Positions 8,669 to 17,091 of a DNA stretch of 57,482 bases are shown here, in pieces. Location: contig JACKFX010000001.1 of assembly GCA_020632255.1 (NCBI GenBank), positions 124,734 to 182,215 of the forward strand. Direction: 5' to 3'. The DNA comes from Pseudomonadales bacterium (GTDB lineage Bacteria; Patescibacteriota; Microgenomatia; UBA1400; PJMF01). The position numbers were made by a program, and so were the translations under genes. Under the pieces are notes generated by a model. That model saw only the letters and a program-made list of their open reading frames with translations, was not told the DNA's origin and did not search any database. Each line of letters opens with the position of its first letter. Position 1 is the first letter of the stretch.

Positions 8669-10078
8669 ATGGAAAATAGACTTTGGTTGCTAGTAGCGAT
8701 GGTACTCGGTATAGGTTATGTGGTAACATTTGCTGGTTTCTTTGGATTTGTAGCTACTCCTTTATTGTTTTTAGCTTTTTTTATACTTTTTTTCGTAGGC
8801 AGTTGGACTTTCCTCCCCATCTTCTACCGAGGTCTCACGTTACAGGGTTGGGAAAAAGGTATATTTTATCTGTTGTGTATAGTGTGGTTGTTGCATAGTA
8901 TTCAACTGTTTGTACCGGAAACGGGTTTCGACGCTATTTGGTATCACCTTCCGGTGATTGAGCGGATCATTGCAGATGGGAAGATTACGTATATTCCAGA
9001 GCTCTACCAAACTATGAATCCGTTGTTTGCAGATGTGATATTTATGGTGGGCTACCAGATTTTAGGTGTAGTTGGGGCAAAAATTGTTGCATATTTGTTT
9101 GCTGTGTTGTTGGTAATGTTTAGCTATGTATTGGCAAGAAAGTATTTGAACAGACGCAGAGCGCTCATTGTGATACTCGGTGTTTCTTTACTGCAAGTAG
9201 TCGCTTGGCAGTCGAGTAGTGTCTATGTTGATGTTGCTAAAGCGATGTTTGAGATAGCTGGACTTGCAGCTGTAGTTACTTCTATTAAGAAAAAAGATTA
9301 CCGATTTCTTTTTTTTGCCTCAGTTCTGTTCTCTGCCAGCTTGGCAACAAAAATGTTTTCGTTGTTACTTGTGCCTCTTTTTATCTATGCGTTTGTAGAG
9401 GGTATGTTGGCGCAGCGACAAAATAATCTCTGGATTGTACCATTGATAGCCGGGCTTTTTTCATTGTCGCTCCCCTACTATCTGGGTGCATGGTGGTATA
9501 CAGGTAATCCAATTTTTAGTTTGGTAGTACCATTGGCAATCTTGGGTGAGATTGGAGGAAATGGTTCCCCAATTGGATTTTTGTTTGATAGAGTTCTAAC
9601 TCTCTATCGTGCACCCTTACAACTTTTTATGACACGCGACTATGTAATACATTTATCTCTACTACTAGCTGTGCCAATTGTGTGGAAAATCCGAAAAATT
9701 CTTAGTACTGCAGAAACTAGAATTTTACTTGTATTTTCAGTGTATCAGTTTGGTATATGGTGGTTTTTGCCACCTTTTTCTACAAGATATGCTCTGTCAG
9801 GGTTCATCACGCTTTGGATTGTAGGGGTATTTGTGGTTGAAAGATATGTTTTAACATCTTCAAAAAGAAGAAAAATGTGGTTTGTGGTCTTGGGTTTGCA
9901 GATTTTCTTACTATTTTTACCAAGAGTATATGTGGCACATCGAAGTTTGAAGTATACGTTTTCAGAGCAAACGACAGCACAGTATCTGCAGCAATTCTAT
10001 GATGGGAATATTGATCCAGTGTTAGATGACTGGTATTTTTGCGGAAAAAAGCACACAGAAGGTGTGTTGTTTGAGTAG
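8669..10078 (+). CDS. Polytopic membrane protein, probably a GT-C fold glycosyltransferase (ArnT/PMT-like)
   Basis: More than 10 TM segments; loop PETGFDAIWYHLP; YVD, ATK and TGNP motifs typical of this type. Confidence 0.6.
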   Translation: MENRLWLLVAMVLGIGYVVTFAGFFGFVATPLLFLAFFILFFVGSWTFLPIFYRGLTLQGWEKGIFYLLCIVWLLHSIQLFVPETGFDAIWYHLPVIERIIADGKITYIPELYQTMNPLFADVIFMVGYQILGVVGAKIVAYLFAVLLVMFSYVLARKYLNRRRALIVILGVSLLQVVAWQSSSVYVDVAKAMFEIAGLAAVVTSIKKKDYRFLFFASVLFSASLATKMFSLLLVPLFIYAFVEGMLAQRQNNLWIVPLIAGLFSLSLPYYLGAWWYTGNPIFSLVVPLAILGEIGGNGSPIGFLFDRVLTLYRAPLQLFMTRDYVIHLSLLLAVPIVWKIRKILSTAETRILLVFSVYQFGIWWFLPPFSTRYALSGFITLWIVGVFVVERYVLTSSKRRKMWFVVLGLQIFLLFLPRVYVAHRSLKYTFSEQTTAQYLQQFYDGNIDPVLDDWYFCGKKHTEGVLFE

Positions 10079-10213
10079 TTACCCAGCAGGACGCTACCAC
10101 TCGCTAGTATTAATAACTACTTTAAAAAACTCACGTGTATTATCTGGTTTGTAACAAGTGTTACTCGCCATGTGGTACAACCTTGGAGCTTCGATCTTCA
10201 AAGCTAAGCACAC

Positions 10214-10241
10214 AAAAAAACTTGGTATAAACCAAGTTTTT
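10214..10241. terminator. Bidirectional terminator-like hairpin between the GT-C gene and tRNA-Arg
   Basis: A-tract, CTTGGT-ATAA-ACCAAG, T-tract. Confidence 0.7.
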
Positions 10242-10249
10242 CTCTCGTG

Positions 10250-10323
10250 TGCGCCCAGCAGGACTCGAACCTGCGACCTACTGCTTAGAAGGCAGTTGCT
10301 CTATCCGGCTGAGCTATAGGCGC
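10250..10323 (-). tRNA. tRNA-Arg(TCT)
   Basis: Cloverleaf GCGCCTA...TGGGCGC-A; anticodon stem ACTGC/GCAGT, loop CTTCTAA; CCA not encoded. Confidence 0.97.
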
Positions 10324-10393
10324 ATCTGTAATTCAGGATTTTATTATACCACTTGATGTAAAGCTTGTGCTTGGGAAAGGGCTGTGGGTACAA

Positions 10394-10422
10394 ATGCGCC
10401 GCAGGCACTGCCTGCGGCGCAT
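10394..10422. repeat. REP-like palindrome, variant copy
   Basis: ATGCGCCGCAGGCA-C-TGCCTGCGGCGCAT, 14-bp perfect inverted repeat. Confidence 0.85.
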
Positions 10423-10441
10423 ATATTGTTTCCTTTTTTTG

Positions 10442-10705
10442 TTACTTTGATTGCGCAGCTTTTTTTGCAGCAGCAGTTGCTTTTGTAGCAGCTGTCCTAG
10501 TCTTTTTGACAGTCTTTTTAGCTTTAGCAACTTTTGCCTTCACTGTATTTTTGGCTTTGACTGCAGTCTTCTTTGCTTCTTTTGAAGCAGTTTCTACAGC
10601 ATCCTTAGCTTTCTCACGGTTTTCTTCTTTCGAAAGAAACAAGGCAGCGGCTCCAGCGGCAGCTCCAAGAGCAAAGGCTAACAGTCCGTGTGATTTCTTA
10701 CCCAT
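10442..10705 (-). CDS. YtxH-like membrane-anchored protein with a Lys/Ala/Thr-rich, histone-H1-like tail
   Basis: GLLAFALGAAAGAAALFLS anchor, then AKKTAVKAKNTVKAKVAKAKKTVKK. AGAAGGA upstream of the ATG at 10705; alternative start 10735. Confidence 0.75.
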   Translation of the reverse strand: MGKKSHGLLAFALGAAAGAAALFLSKEENREKAKDAVETASKEAKKTAVKAKNTVKAKVAKAKKTVKKTRTAATKATAAAKKAAQSK

Positions 10706-10770
10706 AGGTTCCTTTCTTCTGTTTGTCTCTGTCATCTATTATACGGCACAATGCAAGTTTTTAGCAAAAC

Positions 10771-12198
10771 TTATTCAATATGGATGATCGACAAGGTATT
10801 AGTAAGCCCTGGTTGTTTCCAGAAAGTACCATGTACGAGCAATACTGTTTCTCCTGTTTTTGCAATGTTTAAATCTCTGATGCGCTCTAAAAGTTTTTCT
10901 GAACTTTCAAGCTTATCTTCATATTCAAGTTTAATGATGTGTGCATCAACTCCGTAGAGTAAAGCCATCTTGCTGTAGGTAGATTCATTACTCGTCAAAG
11001 CATGAACTGGTACGTGAGGACGGAATCGTGAAAGATTTCGTGCAGTTTGTCCAGTTTCAGTCAAACAGACAATTTTATCAATGTGAATATTGTTGCTTTG
11101 AAGTAATGAAACTTCTAGAAGTGATACGGCTGAATGAGTTATGTATGCAGATGCATCGGAGTCTTTTGTTGCAATTGGCACCGGGTAGGCGTGATCTTCG
11201 TTAAATGCTGCGATGCGAGCTTGTGTTGCCACAGCTTTGACTGGATATTCACCAATAGTTGTTTCTTCAGAGAGCATTACTGCATCTGTGCCATCATAGA
11301 TAGCATTAGCAACGTCAGAAACTTCTGCACGTGTTGGACGCGGATTGCTGACCATAGACTTAAGCATTTGTGTAGCAGTGATAACCGGCTTACCCAGTTC
11401 ACGACACTTGTGAATGATTGTTTTCTGCCAGAAAGCTAATTCTTCGAATGGAACCTCAACAGCTAAGTCTCCACGAGCCACCATGATAGCATCTGAGGCT
11501 TCGACGAGTTCATCAATGTTGTCGATAGCGGATTGGTTTTCAATTTTTCCAACTATGTGGCACTCTGCAAGACCTCTTTTATCGAGCTCACTACGAAGAA
11601 TAGCGATATCTTGAGCGTTACGGACAAAAGAAAGAGCCACAAAATCAACATTACCTTTTTTAATTCCGTCTAGTTGAGTAAAGTCAGCTGGAATGAGTGA
11701 TGGAAGTTCTATTGTTACGCCAGGAGTATTAAGGGTTTTTCTGTTTGAAACCGTGAAAGCGCCAAGCGCAGTTGCATGAAGCTCAGTCCCTTCTACAGAT
11801 GAAACTACAAATTCTCCGAGTCCATCATCAATGAGGATACGATCTCCTGTTGAGAGAGTTTCGATAACAATTTGAGGGATAAATGCAGATTTTTTACCAC
11901 TGCCTTTCTCATCAGAAGTGAAGATCATATCCTCTCCTTCTTTGATTTCAAATGGATTTCCATCTGGAATGGTGATCCGAATTTCTGGACCTTGGAGGTC
12001 TAAGAGAACTGCAACTGGTTGATGAAGTTTTTCGGCAACTTTTTTAACACGTTCAATTCTTTCTTGGTGCCAATCGGGGGTACCATGCTTCGTGTTAAAT
12101 CGAGCAACATTCATACCTGCGCGGATGAGTTGTTCAATAACTTCTTCTGTTTCGGTTGCTGGACCAATGGTGGCCACAATTTTGGTAGATTTTTTCAT
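10771..12198 (-). CDS. pyk: Pyruvate kinase
   Basis: TKIVATIGPA, ARFNTKHG, LLDLQGPEIR, GKIEN, MVARGDLAVE, ATQMLKSM, DAVMLSEET. Confidence 0.98.
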   Translation of the reverse strand: MKKSTKIVATIGPATETEEVIEQLIRAGMNVARFNTKHGTPDWHQERIERVKKVAEKLHQPVAVLLDLQGPEIRITIPDGNPFEIKEGEDMIFTSDEKGSGKKSAFIPQIVIETLSTGDRILIDDGLGEFVVSSVEGTELHATALGAFTVSNRKTLNTPGVTIELPSLIPADFTQLDGIKKGNVDFVALSFVRNAQDIAILRSELDKRGLAECHIVGKIENQSAIDNIDELVEASDAIMVARGDLAVEVPFEELAFWQKTIIHKCRELGKPVITATQMLKSMVSNPRPTRAEVSDVANAIYDGTDAVMLSEETTIGEYPVKAVATQARIAAFNEDHAYPVPIATKDSDASAYITHSAVSLLEVSLLQSNNIHIDKIVCLTETGQTARNLSRFRPHVPVHALTSNESTYSKMALLYGVDAHIIKLEYEDKLESSEKLLERIRDLNIAKTGETVLLVHGTFWKQPGLTNTLSIIHIE

Positions 12199-12385
12199 AC
12201 GTTTTCCTATTATCTGCTTTTCAATTAACTACTTCAAGTACATAATGAATTATTAGTGTGCTTGCCTCTTGTTTCTGACGAGTTACTACGTTACAGTGGT
12301 ACTCGATCATTGCTCTTTTTTGATATTTTTAGTCAAGAAACCAAGGAATTTATTGTAACACAGATACATATAAAAGAAAGGAACT

Positions 12386-12934
12386 ATGTCTGACGATGTT
12401 CAACAATTAGATGCTGCTGAAGAGACTACAGCACTTCCAGAAGCTGAGGAAGATTTACAACTTGAAAGTGGAGACGACTTAGCAGCGGCTGCGCTGGCTG
12501 ATGCGAACGATCTTACTATTGATGATGAAACAGCAGCCTCGAATCAGTTGGCAGATACGCTTTCGTCACTTCAAAATGTGATTGAGAGAAATGCGGATCT
12601 ACTTACTCAAATTGGGAGCGATTTAAAACTTAAACGCGAGAGTCTTAAAAATATTTTTGATAACGATACACAGTTATCGGAGGTAACTGAGCAACAAAAA
12701 GAAGTTACCCAGCAAGTTAAAGAACGAAAATCTAAACTACAAACTTCACCCGAAGTTACTCAACTCAAAAACCAAATTGGTGAATTAAATGAACAAAAGA
12801 AGGAAATTGAGGAAGCTTTAAGTAATCACCTATTGAATTACTATCAAATGACAAACTCTACAAGTTTCGATACAAGTGACGGTGATCAGTGGGAGTTTAA
12901 TATTAAAGCAAAAGTTAAGGGACGAAAAAAGTAG
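12386..12934 (+). CDS. Hypothetical protein: acidic N-terminus plus long coiled coil
   Basis: 182 aa, heptad-like pattern, AAGGAA upstream, followed by a palindrome. Confidence 0.75.
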   Translation: MSDDVQQLDAAEETTALPEAEEDLQLESGDDLAAAALADANDLTIDDETAASNQLADTLSSLQNVIERNADLLTQIGSDLKLKRESLKNIFDNDTQLSEVTEQQKEVTQQVKERKSKLQTSPEVTQLKNQIGELNEQKKEIEEALSNHLLNYYQMTNSTSFDTSDGDQWEFNIKAKVKGRKK

Positions 12935-12965
12935 TTTGCTTTCAATGCAATCAAATTTGAAACAG

Positions 12966-12993
12966 AAAGCGCCAGGCAATTGCCTGGCGCTTT
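12966..12993. repeat. REP-like palindrome between convergent genes
   Basis: AAAGCGCCAGGCAATTGCCTGGCGCTTT, 28-nt perfect palindrome. Confidence 0.85.
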
Positions 12994-13021
12994 CCTTTGT
13001 TTAAATCAAAAAAATGAAAAA

Positions 13022-13276
13022 TTAGTTCTTTCCTAATCTTTCTCCAATTCTCTGGAGAACTTGAGGAGCGATATTTTTCATGCGCTTAAGAGCTCGAGAG
13101 CGCTTACGAAGTCTGCGCATTTCAGTCTTCTTGATTGTTCGTTTGAGTGATGGCTTTTGAAAATAACGGCGATCACGTGCTTTAGAAACGATATCTGCTG
13201 CAGAAGTTGCTTTTTTGAACTTCTTGATCACATCAAATGTGCTGTCGTTTCCTTGTGCTTTAACAATAATTGGCAT
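13022..13276 (-). CDS. rpsU: 30S ribosomal protein S21 with C-terminal extension
   Basis: IIVK...DSTFDVIKKFKK...RDRRYFQKPSLKR pattern; strong SD GGAGG upstream. Confidence 0.85.
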   Translation of the reverse strand: MPIIVKAQGNDSTFDVIKKFKKATSAADIVSKARDRRYFQKPSLKRTIKKTEMRRLRKRSRALKRMKNIAPQVLQRIGERLGKN

Positions 13277-13373
13277 GTACTCTCACCTCCTCTCCAAATA
13301 ATTGCAACTTTGTACTTGTGCTTGGTGAAAAGCAGACTGATATTATAACCTGGGTGTTGAAAAAAGTCACGGT

Positions 13374-13748
13374 CTAACTATTTATGAGTTTGGCAGCCTC
13401 ATCTTCGATAGTTTTGATACTTTGTTTTGTGTCCCAGCCGCCTGTAACATGTACATGAATATGGTGAACTTGTTGGACACGTTTGCCGACGTTTAAGAAG
13501 ATTTTGTAGTTTTCTGCAATACCAGCAGCAGCAGCCACTTTTCGTACGGTCTGGAGTAAGTTTGCATGGAATGTTACGTCTTCAAGAGAGACTTCTTCTA
13601 GGGTGGAATATGGTTTTTTAGGAATAACCAAAATATGTACAGGAGCCTTTGGATTGATATCGTCTATGGCAATAAACTCATCATCTTCATACCGAATAGT
13701 TGCTGGAATTTCTCTGGCAATGATTTTTGTAAAAATTGAGGTCGCCAT
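13374..13748 (-). CDS. hinT: HIT family nucleotide hydrolase (HinT-like)
   Basis: SIFTKIIAREIPA, DINPKAPVHILVIPK, histidine triad HHIHVH. Confidence 0.92.
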   Translation of the reverse strand: MATSIFTKIIAREIPATIRYEDDEFIAIDDINPKAPVHILVIPKKPYSTLEEVSLEDVTFHANLLQTVRKVAAAAGIAENYKIFLNVGKRVQQVHHIHVHVTGGWDTKQSIKTIEDEAAKLINS

Positions 13749-13757
13749 ACTTTCTTT

Positions 13758-14636
13758 CTAGTCTGTAAAGGTTTCTTTAATCAGCTCGATTATTTTCTCG
13801 AGGGTGAGTGGAGATGCCTTTTGACCTCGATTTTTGACTGAACCGTTAAGGAGCATTTTCCCACTTGCGTGAATGAACCAATCTCCTACAGAATCGAGTG
13901 AGATAATTTTTTCTGATAGCACAGTCAAATCAATAGCAGCATCTGGACGAGCTTTAATTCGAATGTTTCCAAGTTTAGGATCTTTTTTGACTACCAGCAT
14001 GTACCCCTGTTTTTGGGCAGCTTTGATAGTGTCATCATTTCTTGTTTCAAGTCCAAGACATTTACCTGCTGGCAACTCAAAGCGAATGCCTTTTTGATTG
14101 ATGATTTCATTTGCCTTTACCTGTTGGGTTAAAGTGGCGTAGGCAAAATCCAAGCATTGCATACCAAAATGCATTTGAGATTCATCGTCATGCTGATTGA
14201 TGAACTCATGCCCTCGAATTAATTCGTGGATCATGAAACTATACTTGTATGATCCAGCATCATTCCAATATATTTCACCAAAGTGATCAATCTCAGTAAT
14301 AAATTTTACAATTATGTCGAGAGCCTGGTCGTCTTCTAAGTCTGGGTGCACCTCGAGTAAGTGAGCATGAACGAGTGAGGTTGCACAGATATCCGTGCTA
14401 GCACGCTCTTTTTGATGATGATCGAACTCTCCCAGTCCAGTATCGACGTGAGTGACATCACGGAGATCAACTCCAAGTTCTTCTACCTGATATTCTTCAA
14501 TTCGACTTCCGGGGTTAACAAAGGCAATCTTTGCATCACCATATTTTTGGGTGTGAAATTTTTTGAAAAGCCACACAGAGCCAATGGCATCAAGATCGGG
14601 TGCGTGATGAGTGACGAGGAGTTTTCTTTTCTGCAT
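13758..14636 (-). CDS. DHH/MYG1-like metal-dependent phosphoesterase
   Basis: THHAPDLDAI and VDTGLGEFDHHQ motifs. Confidence 0.7.
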   Translation of the reverse strand: MQKRKLLVTHHAPDLDAIGSVWLFKKFHTQKYGDAKIAFVNPGSRIEEYQVEELGVDLRDVTHVDTGLGEFDHHQKERASTDICATSLVHAHLLEVHPDLEDDQALDIIVKFITEIDHFGEIYWNDAGSYKYSFMIHELIRGHEFINQHDDESQMHFGMQCLDFAYATLTQQVKANEIINQKGIRFELPAGKCLGLETRNDDTIKAAQKQGYMLVVKKDPKLGNIRIKARPDAAIDLTVLSEKIISLDSVGDWFIHASGKMLLNGSVKNRGQKASPLTLEKIIELIKETFTD

Positions 14637-14726
14637 GACTAGTATAGTCTACCAGAGATTACCAAAAATGGGCACAGAAAGTCTGATTTAACTGGTTATT
14701 TCTTTTGTTTGTGTGAGAACTTTGTG

Positions 14727-14776
14727 AAAAAAACCCACCACATTTGCCTTAGTTAGACTAGGAAAAATGTAGTGGG
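14727..14776 (-). terminator. Long intrinsic terminator-like hairpin
   Basis: Minus strand CCCACTACATTT...AAATGTGGTGGG followed by seven T. Confidence 0.7.
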
Positions 14777-14949
14777 CGCATCCTCACCGGGATTAATTAG
14801 TACTATACCTTTTGTTCTAGAAATATGTAGAAGGAAAAAGTCTTTATTTATGGGCGTATAACTACTATTCCAGGCAGAAAAAATAATTTTATAGAGGGTA
14901 TCTTTTTACACACTTACTGTGCAATAATTCCCGCAATTTTTGCTTTCAT

Positions 14950-15294
14950 TTAAAGTTCAGCAATTCTCCGAAAGAAATAGCGGATAAACCTCCATAGTAA
15001 TTTGAATGGCAAGGTGATCAAAGTCCACAGGAGCGGTACTCTATCATCTTCTCCCCTCACCCAGGTTGAGACAACAAGATATTTTTGTTCTTTAGGTAAG
15101 TAGGAAGCAACGGCAAAATGTCGTCTACCGTTTATTGTCTTGATGTATTGGTCGGCGTTTTTTTTCTCATTTTTCACTGTGTCAGGATAGGTGATTGTTT
15201 CCCAAACTGAGTGTCGAGTGATGCTGCGGAGCGCCATGCGCTCCGCAGCATGTTTTGTAAAGATAATATTTTTGTAGGTATCTTGATGAGCCAT
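14950..15294 (-). CDS. DUF4258-like protein with a C-terminal hydrophobic/basic tail
   Basis: IIFTKHAAERMALRSIT...LVVSTW pattern. Confidence 0.7.
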   Translation of the reverse strand: MAHQDTYKNIIFTKHAAERMALRSITRHSVWETITYPDTVKNEKKNADQYIKTINGRRHFAVASYLPKEQKYLVVSTWVRGEDDRVPLLWTLITLPFKLLWRFIRYFFRRIAEL

Positions 15295-15300
15295 ATGTTT

Positions 15301-16746
15301 CTAGTATGCCTGGGCAAACAGCCAACGATGGTTTGCACTCTTACCACAGTGTACACACTTACCCTGCTCTTCTTCAACTGCACCATGAGCAGATGTAAAT
15401 GGTAGACATCGAGTAGTTGCTTTGGTTTCCTCTTTTATTTTGGCTTCGCATACCTCATCTTCACACCAAAATGCTTTAATGAAGCCTCGGTTTGCAGACA
15501 TGATTTGCTTAAACTCATTGAAGGTATTCGCTTCAAACGTTAGGGCATCTTGGCGTTCTTTTGCGGCTCTAAAGAGATTTGTTTGAATAGTCTCAAGCAG
15601 TTCAGGGATACTCTTTTCAAGGTTTGAGATCTCAAGTGATTGTTTTTCATGCGTGTAGCGAACGACTGCGGTTACAGTGTTCTCTGCTAGTTCTCGTGCA
15701 CCAACAATTAATGAAACAGGAATACCTTCAAGCTCTGCATCATTGAGTTTCCACCCCAGTGAGGTTGTGTCATCAATGTTCATTTCAACACGAACACCAG
15801 ACTTTTTAAGTGTATCAACGATTGTTTTCACTACTTCTATGGCTTGAGCATCTTTGCTAGCGTTCATTACAAGAACTTGCGTAGGCGCAACTCTTGGAGG
15901 TAGGACCAAGCCTTCATCATCACCGTGGGTCATGATGAGAGCTCCCAAGATTCTGGTTGAGAGACCCCAACTATTTTGCCACACATACTGAGTAGAATCA
16001 TTTTCATCTTGGAAAGAAATATTGAAAGCATGTATTTTAGAAAAATTTTGTCCTAGATGATGGCTGGTACCAGATTGAAGCGCTTTACCGTCTGGCATTA
16101 ATGCTTCGATAGTTATGGTTACATCTGCTCCAGCAAATTTTTCTGACTCACTCTTTCGACCCTTAATAACAGGAATTGCTAAGTAATCTTCAGCAATTGA
16201 ACGATAGGTCTCAAGCGCCTCGTACATGGTATCGAGAGCTTCTTCTTGGGTAGCGTGGGCACTGTGTGCTTCTTGCCACAAGAATTCTGTGGTACGCAAG
16301 AAGAAGCTAGTACGTTTTTCCCATCTAACCACGTTATTCCATTGGTTAATTTTGATTGGTAAATCTCGATGTGATTGTATCCACTTACTGTACATGTGGT
16401 ACATGATTGTTTCTGAAGTCGGACGCACGACAAGTTTCTCGACAAGCTCTTCTCCTCCAGCGTGAGTGACCACAGCTAACTCAGGTGCGAAACCCTCAAC
16501 GTGATCGGCTTCTTTCTCGAGGAAAGACATCGGAATAAAGATAGGAAAGTACGCATTGCGAACTTTCATCTTATCGAGCATTGGTTGATAGTTCTTTTGA
16601 ATATTCTCCCAAAGACCATAGCCATTTGGACGAATCACCATACACCCTTTGACCGGTGAGTAATCTGCCAGCTTAGCTTGCTGGATGACTTGGGTATACC
16701 ATTTGCTCATGCTTTCAGATTTTGGTGTTAGATCTCGTTTAGCCAT
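15301..16746 (-). CDS. proS: Prolyl-tRNA synthetase, archaeal/eukaryote-like type
   Basis: WYTQVIQQAKLADYSPVKGCMVIRP, RPTSET, FLRTTEFLWQEAH, SWGLSTR; C-terminal Zn motif CVHCGK; no INS editing domain. Confidence 0.97.
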   Translation of the reverse strand: MAKRDLTPKSESMSKWYTQVIQQAKLADYSPVKGCMVIRPNGYGLWENIQKNYQPMLDKMKVRNAYFPIFIPMSFLEKEADHVEGFAPELAVVTHAGGEELVEKLVVRPTSETIMYHMYSKWIQSHRDLPIKINQWNNVVRWEKRTSFFLRTTEFLWQEAHSAHATQEEALDTMYEALETYRSIAEDYLAIPVIKGRKSESEKFAGADVTITIEALMPDGKALQSGTSHHLGQNFSKIHAFNISFQDENDSTQYVWQNSWGLSTRILGALIMTHGDDEGLVLPPRVAPTQVLVMNASKDAQAIEVVKTIVDTLKKSGVRVEMNIDDTTSLGWKLNDAELEGIPVSLIVGARELAENTVTAVVRYTHEKQSLEISNLEKSIPELLETIQTNLFRAAKERQDALTFEANTFNEFKQIMSANRGFIKAFWCEDEVCEAKIKEETKATTRCLPFTSAHGAVEEEQGKCVHCGKSANHRWLFAQAY

Positions 16747-16775
16747 GATTCCTTTCTGTTTCTGGGACTGTACCT

Positions 16776-17036
16776 AAAAAAATAACCCCAGTAAACACAT
16801 ATTTCGTGTTTACAAGGGCTCTCTTGTGAGGGCGGTACCACCTTGTATTTTTCTGGGTATTACTACTCAGAACTTTGTGACTGTCCAAGAGGAGCAGTCT
16901 AGCATATGGTGTCGGGTGCCAGCCGGATATGTTAGCAGTCTTCTCTAAAGAATCCCTGGTTCCACATCGGTTCTCGCAGTGAAGCGACTGTGTGTTAGGA
17001 GCACACAGTATGCGCACCTTGCGCACTAAACCATTA
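16776..17036 (-). promoter_or_regulatory. T-box riboswitch leader of proS
   Basis: Antiterminator UACAAGG-UGGUACC-GCCCUC-ACAA-GAGAGC-CCUUGUA overlaps a terminator hairpin with a U-tract; TATAAT at 17042-17047. Confidence 0.88.
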
Positions 17037-17091
17037 ATGTCATTATACAAAACATTTGGACATCAAACCAGTAGCAATCTTAATAAGACTG

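Noticed and set aside
16739-17050. 103-aa ORF upstream of proS
   Set aside because: It coincides with the T-box leader, its start overlaps the -10 box, and it has no protein motif.
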